Source of the DNA: Spirochaetota bacterium
GTDB lineage: Bacteria > Spirochaetota > UBA4802 > JAFGJZ01
DNA length: 64,000 nt
Assembly (NCBI GenBank): GCA_016934935.1
Contig: JAFGRW010000054.1
Span: 17,900 to 81,899 of the forward strand
Direction: 5' to 3'
Shown: positions 1 through 8,104 of the stretch, one piece after another
Numbering within the stretch: the first letter of the stretch is position 1
Layout: each line of letters opens with the position of its first letter
Made by a program: the position numbers and the translations under genes
Notes under the pieces: model-generated
The model's input: only the letters and a program-made list of their open reading frames with translations
Database searches by the model: none
What the model was told of the DNA's origin: nothing

Positions 1-1128
1 CAAATATGGGGTTCTGTTCAAAACGAAGAGCTGAATCTTCTTGGCGGTGGGCCTGATGCTCCACCTGTTCTCCAAACAAATGGAGCCTTTTACAAGCAGG
101 TTGTAACAAGTAATTTTGCAATTAATGGAAATACACTTTTTGCCGATGTTTTTAACAAGCGTGCTCCGGTTCATATATACGATGCGGCAAGTGATCCCCG
201 TGTGGATCCCGAAACACGTAAGTTTATGGATGTTTCTGAGTTTGTTGTAGTGCCTTTGTGCTCGGCCAATAAAGCTCTTGGAGTAGTTGTAGCGGATAAC
301 AAGTTTAATGGTGCACCAATATATGAGGACCATGTCGAGCTTCTCTCTATTTTTGCTGTTCAGGCCTCTTTATCGATAGACAGTTATAATTCTCTCTCTT
401 CTGTTAAAGAGAGAATGGAGCATATTCAGGCCAAGCAGGAGGCTATTGTAGAGAGCGAAAAGATGGCAGCTGTTGGGCGAATAGCCGCGCATATTGCCCA
501 CGAAATAAGAAACCCTCTTGTGACTGTTGGCGGCTATGCGAGACGTATATTGCAGTCCGTAAAAAAACCGCAAAAAACAGTAGAGGATATAGAAAAGGCC
601 GCTTCAATAATCCTGCATGAGTCAGAACGCTTAGAGAAAATATTGTCCAATGTTATGGACTTTTCCCGGCCGTCACCTCTGATTCGTGAATATAATAATC
701 TTAACGACGTTGTAAAGGATACCTATTATCTGTTAAAAAATGTGTTACAAGAACGAAAAATAACGGCTACGCTTGATTTGGAACAGAAACTTCCTTTAGT
801 AAAGTCAGATTTTAATCAGTTAAAACAGGTCGTGCTTAATTTGTTACAAAATGCTATGGATGCAACACCTGCCGGAGGGTCCGTTATACTTAAAACAGGA
901 CTTACGGAAACACATATCTATATACGAATCAAGGATAGCGGTACTGGAATCAGTCCCGAGGCTATGGATAAAATATTTGATCCTTTTTTTACTTCTAAAA
1001 TAACAGGCGTAGGTCTTGGACTTGCTGTGGTTAAGAAAATAGTTAATGATCATAACGGTGAAATAGTAATAAGCAATAATCCTGAAGGCGGTTGCCAATT
1101 TTCAGTTGAATTATTACGCCCTTCATAA
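1..1128 (+). CDS. GAF-domain sensor histidine kinase (5' end outside window)
   Basis: Frame 1 is open from base 1 with no stop before the listed ATG at 202. It carries an H-box (HIAHEIRNPL), N-box (LLQNAMDA), G1 (IKDSGTGISPEAMDKIFDPFF) and G2 (GVGLGLAVV). The N-terminal part is GAF-like. Confidence 0.85.
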   Translation, partial: QIWGSVQNEELNLLGGGPDAPPVLQTNGAFYKQVVTSNFAINGNTLFADVFNKRAPVHIYDAASDPRVDPETRKFMDVSEFVVVPLCSANKALGVVVADNKFNGAPIYEDHVELLSIFAVQASLSIDSYNSLSSVKERMEHIQAKQEAIVESEKMAAVGRIAAHIAHEIRNPLVTVGGYARRILQSVKKPQKTVEDIEKAASIILHESERLEKILSNVMDFSRPSPLIREYNNLNDVVKDTYYLLKNVLQERKITATLDLEQKLPLVKSDFNQLKQVVLNLLQNAMDATPAGGSVILKTGLTETHIYIRIKDSGTGISPEAMDKIFDPFFTSKITGVGLGLAVVKKIVNDHNGEIVISNNPEGGCQFSVELLRPS

Positions 1129-1166
1129 TATAGTAATACTTATAACAAAGAGATGACGGAGGAGTC

Positions 1167-1532
1167 ATGAGCAGAATATTGTTGGTAGAAGATGAAAAAA
1201 ATCAGAGAGAGTTATATGCTGCCGAATTACGTGATGATGGTTACGAAGTAGAAGAGGCTTCTGATGGTAAAATGGCAGTTGAAAAGGTTAAATCGAACAA
1301 GTATGATCTTGTAGTGCTTGATATCCGTATGCCGGAGATGGACGGAATCGAGGCTCTTGGAAAGATACTGTCGCGTGATAAAAAAATTCCTATTGTAATA
1401 CATACGGCTTATTCGAACTATAAAAGCAATTTTATGACATGGACGGCGGATGCCTATGTTACAAAATCTTCAAATCTTGATGAGTTAAAAACTAAGATTG
1501 CGGAGATTCTTGCGGCAAGAGGTCAGGCTTAG
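1167..1532 (+). CDS. single-domain response regulator (CheY-like receiver)
   Basis: It has LLVEDE, a phospho-acceptor LVVLDIRMPEMDG and a conserved K. It is 121 aa with no output domain. It lies 38 nt downstream of the kinase gene, and an AGGAG ribosome-binding site precedes it. Confidence 0.85.
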   Translation: MSRILLVEDEKNQRELYAAELRDDGYEVEEASDGKMAVEKVKSNKYDLVVLDIRMPEMDGIEALGKILSRDKKIPIVIHTAYSNYKSNFMTWTADAYVTKSSNLDELKTKIAEILAARGQA

Positions 1533-1537
1533 GCTGA

Positions 1538-1909
1538 TTATTTTTCATAGCTGCAGCTGCATTTTTCCGATTCAAAAACTGTAACAGTTTTTACTGATAC
1601 AGTTTTTTCTTTTTCAAGCAGAGATTCTATCTGCAGATATATGAATTTTGCCAACTCTTCCGAGCTGGGGTTTGTGCTTTTAAAGTGCACTGTTTCGTTT
1701 ATGTTGCAGTGGTCGATAAGGGATAGTGTTTCTTTCAGCATTTTGCGCAGATCATGAAAATCTATAAGAAGACCTATCTCGTTAAGAATTTCCCCCTTAA
1801 CGGTTAGCAAAACTTTCCAGTTGTGGCCGTGCAGGTTTTCACATTTGCCTTTATAGCCTCTAAGTTGGTGTGCTGACGAGAAGTGATCCTCAACTGTTAA
1901 AAAAAACAT
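1538..1909 (-). CDS. queD: 6-carboxy-5,6,7,8-tetrahydropterin synthase (QueD / PTPS family)
   Basis: It carries CxxxHGH (CENLHGHNW) and the FSSAHQL motif typical of the PTPS/QueD family. It is 123 aa. Confidence 0.8.
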   Translation of the reverse strand: MFFLTVEDHFSSAHQLRGYKGKCENLHGHNWKVLLTVKGEILNEIGLLIDFHDLRKMLKETLSLIDHCNINETVHFKSTNPSSEELAKFIYLQIESLLEKEKTVSVKTVTVFESEKCSCSYEK

Positions 1910-1928
1910 GGTTTCTCTGATCCTTTTT

Positions 1929-2960
1929 CTATATGAATTTAGCTACAGTGCGGCCTATTTTTTCAATTTCATTTTTTGTAAGGGTTGGGTAAATCGGTAA
2001 CGAAAACATCTTCTTGCACATTCTGTCCGAGTTTGGATAATCCATTCCTTTAAGGTTTAAATAGCTGTGAAGAGGTTTCGGCACTGGTGAATAGAGTTCA
2101 ATGCCGTTTTTCTTGAAAAATTTCACTATTTTGTCATAAGTAGCATCAAAAATAACCGGAAACGATTGATAAATATAGTCATTACTGAAGGGTAACAGAA
2201 CTGAATGTTGAGTCAACCGAACCCTGTCGTAATAAATTTTTGCTATTTCGATTCTTCTTCTTATAAAGTCCTGAATACGACTAATTTGTGATATGCCCAT
2301 CGCTGCCTGGAAATCGGTCATTGAATAGTCAAAATGAGTAGTTTCTTCATTATATCTCTTTTCTCGTATAGTTGAGTAAAAACGTGTGTTATTGGTAAAA
2401 ACGGCAGCACCGTTACCTGTAGTTATCATATCATTTGGAGAAAATGAACAAACAGCAATTGAACCGAAGTATCCATCGTTTCCCTCTTTTGATTCAATAC
2501 CTATACAGTGTGAAATGTCTTCAATTACAGGCACTGTAAGCTCTTTAAAGGAAGACGAATCTATATATATTCCTCCGGTGTGCCCCATGATGATCGCTTT
2601 TGTCTTATCGTTAATCTTTGCAGCATATTTATCGGGGGAGGCCGACAGGGAGTTATCATCAATATCAATAAGAACCGGTATGGCTCGGCATATCTTAATG
2701 GCGTTTAGGGCGTGTGATGAAAAGTATGAAGGTAGTATTATTTCGTCACCCTCTTCTATGCCCAAAGCAGTAAAAGCCAGGTGGTAGGCCGACGTGGCCG
2801 AGTTAATTGCGACACTATTCTTGTATCCGGTTAATTCACAAAGAGCTTTCTCGAAAATTTTGACAGCTTCTCCCGAGGTAAGCTCATCGTTTATAAGACA
2901 ATCTAGTACTCCCTCCAGCTCCTTGCGTGTAATTGTTGGCTTGTTTGATACAATACTCAT
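1929..2960 (-). CDS. DegT/DnrJ/EryC1/StrS-family sugar aminotransferase-like protein (PLP-lysine position not conserved)
   Basis: It has the family motifs VIEDISHCIG and GSIAVCSFSPNDM. It is 343 aa. See the finding on the missing Schiff-base lysine. Confidence 0.7.
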   Translation of the reverse strand: MSIVSNKPTITRKELEGVLDCLINDELTSGEAVKIFEKALCELTGYKNSVAINSATSAYHLAFTALGIEEGDEIILPSYFSSHALNAIKICRAIPVLIDIDDNSLSASPDKYAAKINDKTKAIIMGHTGGIYIDSSSFKELTVPVIEDISHCIGIESKEGNDGYFGSIAVCSFSPNDMITTGNGAAVFTNNTRFYSTIREKRYNEETTHFDYSMTDFQAAMGISQISRIQDFIRRRIEIAKIYYDRVRLTQHSVLLPFSNDYIYQSFPVIFDATYDKIVKFFKKNGIELYSPVPKPLHSYLNLKGMDYPNSDRMCKKMFSLPIYPTLTKNEIEKIGRTVAKFI

Positions 2961-3465
2961 ATAGTTCTCCTTTGGTAAAGAAGGCAGTTTGGCTGATAAT
3001 TAGAAAATAAGTGTATCGAAATTTCTCTCGGTTAGATACAAATGAACGGCAGTTATCCTGTGGTCAAGAACGTTTTTCCTGATCTCTGATGCGAGCATGA
3101 AACGGGTATTTGTATAAAAGAAAACAATAATTGTTTCAGCTTGATGTTTTTTATGTGATTGGTCTCTTTATTGGATTATGTGTATTAAAGCTATTTTGCA
3201 AAACGTCCGATTATTATGGAGTGTGTTGTTTTATTTTGGTAACTTTGAAAATCACTATGTTTCAGCGGCTTCATTTTTTAAGCGTCTGTTTTAAAGATAG
3301 TTTTCGTGTTACCGGTAAAGTTTTTATTTTTGGCTATAAGCTTATTGTTCCGCTAAGAATAACCAGCAAGGGTGATTTTCTTGTAAAACGGTTAATTATT
3401 AGTGGCTGACTTTTGTTTGTTATTAACCGCGGCCTGATGCCGCTATTGATTTACGGGAGGTTCGC

Positions 3466-4305
3466 ATGAGAGTATATGGAGTCTTAAGCAAAGTTTTTTT
3501 AGTGATAATCATGCTTGTTTTTTCAGCAGGTTGTGCGCAGAGCAAGAATATGACACGGAATGACACTGTTGTAGAGGATATGCCTTATGATAGTGATAGT
3601 GAAGATGTTTCATTCTCGGGTGACGGCTTGGATGATATTGGTTCGGGTGATGGTGGTCTGGACGACGGGTATATAACAGCTGCTGGAGCTGGTGGCGGTG
3701 GAGCCGATTTCGATCAGACTGGTAATGCTTCGTGGTATGGCCGGGCTTTTCATGGCCGCAAGACGGCTTCAGGTGAATCTTTTGACATGTATGAAATGTC
3801 TGCCGCTCACAAAAGCTATCCTTTTGGTACTGTGCTTGAGGTTAAAAACCTTGATAACGGTAAAAGTGTTCAGGTTCGAGTCAATGACCGCGGACCATAT
3901 GTTGATGGCAGAATAATCGATGTCTCATACGCAGCTGGACGAGATCTGGGTATGCTTACAACTGGAACTGCCAGAGTGGGGCTTAAGGTTGTATCGTCAC
4001 CCGGCGCTGCACCGGTATCGGGCGGTGTGCCCATCGATGATTCTTATGGATATGGCTCACCTGATGCAGGAGCGCCGGTTTCAACAGGTGCGTATTCTTT
4101 ACAGTGTGGTGCCTTTTATTCGAAAAAAAATGCCGATAATTTGAGAGATAAACTTTCCGGAATGTTTGAAAACCGTATTGAGGTTATACATGAAGATGAT
4201 CTTTATAAAGTACGGATACTTGATATTCCTTCTAAAGAAGAGGCTAATAGGTTCAAGAGTATTCTTTCCGGGGAGAAAATCCCGGGTTACCTGATTAAGA
4301 ACTAA
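3466..4305 (+). CDS. rlpA: septal ring lytic transglycosylase RlpA-like lipoprotein with C-terminal SPOR domain
   Basis: It has a signal peptide with lipobox (FSAGCAQ). A double-psi beta-barrel (DPBB) core reads GNASWYGRAFHGRKTASGE...VRVNDRGPY. The C-terminal SPOR-like repeat reads YSLQCGAFYSKKNADNL. Confidence 0.8.
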   Translation: MRVYGVLSKVFLVIIMLVFSAGCAQSKNMTRNDTVVEDMPYDSDSEDVSFSGDGLDDIGSGDGGLDDGYITAAGAGGGGADFDQTGNASWYGRAFHGRKTASGESFDMYEMSAAHKSYPFGTVLEVKNLDNGKSVQVRVNDRGPYVDGRIIDVSYAAGRDLGMLTTGTARVGLKVVSSPGAAPVSGGVPIDDSYGYGSPDAGAPVSTGAYSLQCGAFYSKKNADNLRDKLSGMFENRIEVIHEDDLYKVRILDIPSKEEANRFKSILSGEKIPGYLIKN

Positions 4306-4469
4306 AATTCAGTTTACATAATCACAATTTATATGATTCAAAATTTTCATTAAAATCAGGAAGTCTGTTCCTCTTACAGGCTTCCTTCGTTCTTCAAATT
4401 CTCCAAAATCATACCGAAAACACCATTTTTAAAAAAAAGTCTTGATATTCCGCATTAATTAAAAAAATA

Positions 4470-4499
4470 TTGACAGAAAATGGCACTATTGGCTATATC
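4470..4499 (+). promoter_or_regulatory. sigma70-type promoter for the tRNA-Thr gene
   Basis: It reads TTGACA (4470-4475), an 18-nt spacer, then TATATC (4494-4499). The tRNA starts about 12 nt downstream. Confidence 0.5.
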
Positions 4500-4510
4500 G
4501 GACAGACTAT

Positions 4511-4583
4511 GCCCGCGTAGCTCAGTAGGTAGAGCACATCCATGGTAAGGATGGGGTCACCAGTTCGAATCTGGTCGTGGGCT
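4511..4583 (+). tRNA. tRNA-Thr (anticodon GGU), CCA not encoded
   Basis: I folded the cloverleaf by hand. The 7-bp acceptor stem has one G-U pair. The D-arm is GCTC/GAGC. The anticodon stem CATCC/GGATG has loop ATGGTAA with U33 and anticodon GGT. The T-arm is ACCAG-TTCGAAT-CTGGT. Confidence 0.85.
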
Positions 4584-4762
4584 CGGTAGTTTGCTGGTTA
4601 TCCTGCGAAAAATGATAAAGGCGCTTCCAAAAACATCATTAAACTATAAAGGTTTCTGTGTGCTTTCTCTTGGTTTTACGGGTATGCAGTTGTTTTCCCC
4701 TTTTTCTGTTCGGTTGATTTGTTTTGGGGTTGTCTTAAATACTAACATACGGAAGGCGTATT

Positions 4763-4915
4763 ATGAGACAGATTGTTTTACTCCAGTGTTCAGAATGTAA
4801 GCGTAAAAATTACGCTACAATGAAAAACAAGCGTAACACTCAGGGCAAGTTGCAGCTGAAAAAATATTGCAAGTTTGATCGTCGTCATACAGAGCATAAA
4901 GAGACCAAAGCGTAG
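4763..4915 (+). CDS. rpmG: 50S ribosomal protein L33
   Basis: It translates to [50 protein letters not shown], with CxxC...C as expected for L33. It is below the length cutoff of the ORF track. A GGAAGG ribosome-binding site precedes it. Confidence 0.85.
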   Translation: MRQIVLLQCSECKRKNYATMKNKRNTQGKLQLKKYCKFDRRHTEHKETKA

Positions 4916-4924
4916 GGAGATATC

Positions 4925-5107
4925 GTGAAACAGTTTATTGAATATCTAAAGGGTTCGCGTGAAGAGATGAAGAAAATCTCATGGCCGAACCGGGAAGAGG
5001 TTTCCCGATTTACCTTTGTTACTATCGTTACGGTTTTTATAGTAGCCATGATTCTTTGGGTTATGGATACGGTTCTGATGCAGCTAATAAGTCTGGTGAT
5101 GAAATAA
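4925..5107 (+). CDS. secE: preprotein translocase subunit SecE
   Basis: It is 60 aa with a single C-terminal TM helix. It has a GTG start and sits immediately upstream of nusG. Confidence 0.8.
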   Translation: MKQFIEYLKGSREEMKKISWPNREEVSRFTFVTIVTVFIVAMILWVMDTVLMQLISLVMK

Positions 5108-5655
5108 TGGAAATGAAGTGGTATGTAATACATACATACTCCGGTCACGAGAACAAGGTAAAGATTGCTGTCGAAAACAAGATTCGTAATCTGGGTCTCG
5201 AAGAGAGGATCGGTGAGATAAGGATACCAACGTATGACGATCCCTATCTTGACAAGAAGGGTAAAAAGCGTACTCGTTCCAAAAAGACTCTTCCGGGTTA
5301 TATTCTGATCAATATGGATCTGGATAATGAGACCTGGGGGATAGTTAAGAGTACTCCGGGTGTAACAAATTTTGTAGGTGGTTTTGGCGATGGCAAACCC
5401 AAGCCGCTTCGTGAGGACGAAGTTGGCGCTCTTCTCTTCGAGGGAAGTACTTCGAAAGCAACTAAGGAGCGCGCGACTGTAGGTATTGATTTTTCAGTTG
5501 GGGAACATGTGAAAGTAATCGAAGGTCCGTTTAATACTTTCACAGGCGTTATTGAGGAGATTTTTCCGGAAAAAGGCAGGTTGCGTATCAAAGTTGAAAT
5601 ATTTGGACGTGGAACTCCTGTGGAACTTGATTTTATTCAGGTAAATAAAATATAA
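5107..5655 (+). CDS. nusG: transcription termination/antitermination factor NusG
   Basis: It starts MEMKWYVIHTYSGHENKV and ends with a KOW motif. Its ATG overlaps the secE stop as TAATG. The 4981 start in the ORF track would overlap secE and is rejected. Confidence 0.9.
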   Translation: MEMKWYVIHTYSGHENKVKIAVENKIRNLGLEERIGEIRIPTYDDPYLDKKGKKRTRSKKTLPGYILINMDLDNETWGIVKSTPGVTNFVGGFGDGKPKPLREDEVGALLFEGSTSKATKERATVGIDFSVGEHVKVIEGPFNTFTGVIEEIFPEKGRLRIKVEIFGRGTPVELDFIQVNKI

Positions 5656-5698
5656 TCATTAATTTGATGAATTACATTCGCATAGAAAGGAATATAAA

Positions 5699-6133
5699 AT
5701 GGCACCGAAAAAAAAGAAACTGGCAACTCAGATAAAACTTCAAATTCCTGGAGGTCAGGCTAATCCGGCTCCTCCGGTTGGACCGGCTCTTGGTCAGCAT
5801 GGTCTTAATATTATGGATTTCTGTAAGGCTTTTAATGATCGAAGTAAGGATCAGATGGGAACTATACTTCCAGTTGTAATAAGTGTTTATGAAGACAGAA
5901 GTTATGATTTCATTATAAAGACTCCGCCTGCCGCGGTTCTTATAAAAAAGGTTCTGAAGCTTCAGAAAGGTTCTGCCGAGCCGAACAAGACCAAGGTTGC
6001 AACTATTACCCGGGCTCAGCTTGAAGAGATTGCAGAAATGAAAAAACCGGATTTAAATTCAAATGATATTGATGCCGCATGTAGTATTATTGCGGGTACA
6101 GCCCGATCTATGGGTGTTGATATTTCAAACTGA
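5699..6133 (+). CDS. rplK: 50S ribosomal protein L11
   Basis: It starts MAPKKKK...[22 protein letters not shown]. Confidence 0.95.
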   Translation: MAPKKKKLATQIKLQIPGGQANPAPPVGPALGQHGLNIMDFCKAFNDRSKDQMGTILPVVISVYEDRSYDFIIKTPPAAVLIKKVLKLQKGSAEPNKTKVATITRAQLEEIAEMKKPDLNSNDIDAACSIIAGTARSMGVDISN

Positions 6134-6217
6134 TTTAAAAGTTTTGGTTGATAATGGATTTTGTAGTCATTTTAAAATGATTGCGAATATCCTAAAAATA
6201 CAAGCAATGAGGATACA

Positions 6218-6901
6218 ATGAAGCGAGGAAAAAAAATCAGCAGTGCGAGACAGAAAGTCGACAAAACCGCTCTTCTTACTCCTGAAGACGCGATAGCACT
6301 GATGAAGGAACTCAAGTTCGCTAATTTTGATGAGTCTGTAGAGATTGCTGTCAAGGTTGTACACAAAAGTTATCAGAATATTCGAGGATTTGTTACACTT
6401 CCTGCGGGTAACGGTAAAGATGTTCGTGTACTTGTTCTTTGTACAGGCGATAAGCAGGACGAGGCAAAAGCGGCCGGAGCAGACTTTGTCGGAGCCGATG
6501 ATCTGATCGAAAAAATTCAGGGCGGTTGGACAGATTTTGATGCGGTAGTTGCTACTCCTGATCTGATGCCTAAAGTTGGAAAGCTTGGACCAGTTCTTGG
6601 TAGAAAGGGATTGATGCCAAAACCTAAGGCGGGTACAGTTACAACTGATGTAAAGGGGATAATCGGAGAGCTTAAAAGCGGTAAGTTGGAATATCGTGCT
6701 GATAAAACGGGCGTTATTCATCTTGGCATAGGAAAATGCTCTTTTGAAGATTCAAAAATCGCATCAAATATTGTGGCTGTTTATCAGCAGATTATGAGAG
6801 ATAAACCATCAGATGCCAAAGGAACTTATGTCCGATCTTTGTGTATCTCTTCAACCATGGGTCCTGGTATCAAAATCAATCATAAGGGGATCGATAAGTA
6901 A
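6218..6901 (+). CDS. rplA: 50S ribosomal protein L1
   Basis: It is 227 aa with an L1 family sequence. Confidence 0.95.
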   Translation: MKRGKKISSARQKVDKTALLTPEDAIALMKELKFANFDESVEIAVKVVHKSYQNIRGFVTLPAGNGKDVRVLVLCTGDKQDEAKAAGADFVGADDLIEKIQGGWTDFDAVVATPDLMPKVGKLGPVLGRKGLMPKPKAGTVTTDVKGIIGELKSGKLEYRADKTGVIHLGIGKCSFEDSKIASNIVAVYQQIMRDKPSDAKGTYVRSLCISSTMGPGIKINHKGIDK

Positions 6902-7419
6902 TGGTAAAACAATATAAAGTAGATTTCGTTAACGAGATAAAGGATGCTCTGGAAGAGAATAGAAACTTTATCCTTACAAAATACTCCGGTATCAAAGTTT
7001 CAGAGCTTACTGCTCTTCGCTCACAAATCCGGGAAAAGGGCGCCACATATAAAGTTGTCAAAAACAATCTTTTTAAACGTGCTCTTGATGATAAAGGCTA
7101 CTCCTCAATCGAAGAACATCTGAAAGGGCCTATCGGTGTTGCTTTTGCCGGTGACCAGATAGGTGATGTTGCGCAGGTTCTTAAGGCTTTTAAAAAAGAA
7201 CAGAAGCTTTTCGAATATTTCCTGGGAGTAATTGAGGGCACTGTATATGACAGTGCAGCGCTGGCAAAAATAGCTGATCTTCCTTCAAAAGAGGTTCTGC
7301 TTTCTCAAATCATGTCTCTTATAAACGGTCCAGCTACAGGTATCGCGGTTGGTTCTAAAGAGATTATGAATTCTCTGGCTCGCGCAATAAATGCGGTAGC
7401 CGAGAAAAATAACGCGTAA
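6901..7419 (+). CDS. rplJ: 50S ribosomal protein L10
   Basis: Its start overlaps the rplA stop as TAATG. Confidence 0.9.
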   Translation: MVKQYKVDFVNEIKDALEENRNFILTKYSGIKVSELTALRSQIREKGATYKVVKNNLFKRALDDKGYSSIEEHLKGPIGVAFAGDQIGDVAQVLKAFKKEQKLFEYFLGVIEGTVYDSAALAKIADLPSKEVLLSQIMSLINGPATGIAVGSKEIMNSLARAINAVAEKNNA

Positions 7420-7546
7420 TTATGTTTATTACATAATATAGGGTCGAAAAGGTTGGTTTTTAATTAAGCTGATTTTCAGCCCCTTATAGGTTTCACACAG
7501 TAAGTGTGTTAACTTGAAGAAATTCACTAAGTATAAGGAGTTTACA

Positions 7547-7927
7547 ATGGCTAAACTTACAACAGAAGAATTGCTTGAAGCAATTGGCGGTCTTACACTT
7601 CTAGAGGCATCTGAACTTGTTTCTGCTATGGAAGAAAAATTTGGTATTTCTGCTGCTGCTCCAGTTGCGGTTGCTGCTGCTCCTGCTGCAGGCGGCGGTG
7701 CTGATGCTGCGGAAGAGAAATCCGCGTTTGATGTCGTACTTACTAACTTTGGTTCAAACAAAATCGGTGTTATCAAGGAAGTTCGTGCTATTACCGGTCT
7801 TGGACTTAAAGAGGCGAAAGCTCTTGTAGAAGAGGGCGGAGCTGTTAAAGAAGGCGTTTCTAAAGATGAAGCTGCTGACATTAAGTCAAAACTTGAAGCT
7901 GCGGGTGCGGCTGTAGAAGTAAAATAG
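7547..7927 (+). CDS. rplL: 50S ribosomal protein L7/L12
   Basis: It reads [17 protein letters not shown], an Ala/Gly hinge, then a C-terminal domain. AGGAG lies 6 nt upstream of ATG 7547. The listed 7514 start is an in-frame upstream extension. Confidence 0.9.
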   Translation: MAKLTTEELLEAIGGLTLLEASELVSAMEEKFGISAAAPVAVAAAPAAGGGADAAEEKSAFDVVLTNFGSNKIGVIKEVRAITGLGLKEAKALVEEGGAVKEGVSKDEAADIKSKLEAAGAAVEVK

Positions 7928-7929
7928 TT

Positions 7930-8078
7930 CCATTTTGCTGACAGTGTTCGCAAAATGGGGTTTATAAAATCCGGATAATTTATTCAATTGCTGTATTGTG
8001 ATTGTAATAAAAGCGGAATTTTGTACTCCTAAAAATAGGTTGGGTTGATTGTATCAATCCGACCTATTTTGCTCTTTC
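7930..8078 (+). terminator. rplL-rpoB intercistronic attenuator/terminator hairpins
   Basis: Hairpin 1 is CCATTTTGC (7930-7938) paired with GCAAAATGG (7950-7958), directly after the rplL stop. Hairpin 2 is AAATAGGTTGG (8033-8043) paired with CCGACCTATTT (8059-8069), followed by TTGCTCTTTC. Confidence 0.5.
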
Positions 8079-8104
8079 AATACTAAAATCTCTTGAGGTC
8101 AAAA

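Noticed and set aside
3131-3409. 92-aa ORF in the DegT-rlpA divergent intergenic region
   Set aside because: It is AT-rich, has no ribosome-binding site and shows low-complexity hydrophobic translation. It sits inside a likely promoter region and is probably spurious.
4981-5655. Listed 224-aa ORF as the nusG start
   Set aside because: It would overlap all of secE in the same frame. The NusG homology (MEMKWYVIHTY) begins at ATG 5107, which overlaps the secE stop.
7429-7953. 174-aa antisense ORF (Ala/Ser-rich) opposite rplL
   Set aside because: It is a mirror of the Ala/Gly-rich L7/L12 hinge on the opposite strand and is not a gene.
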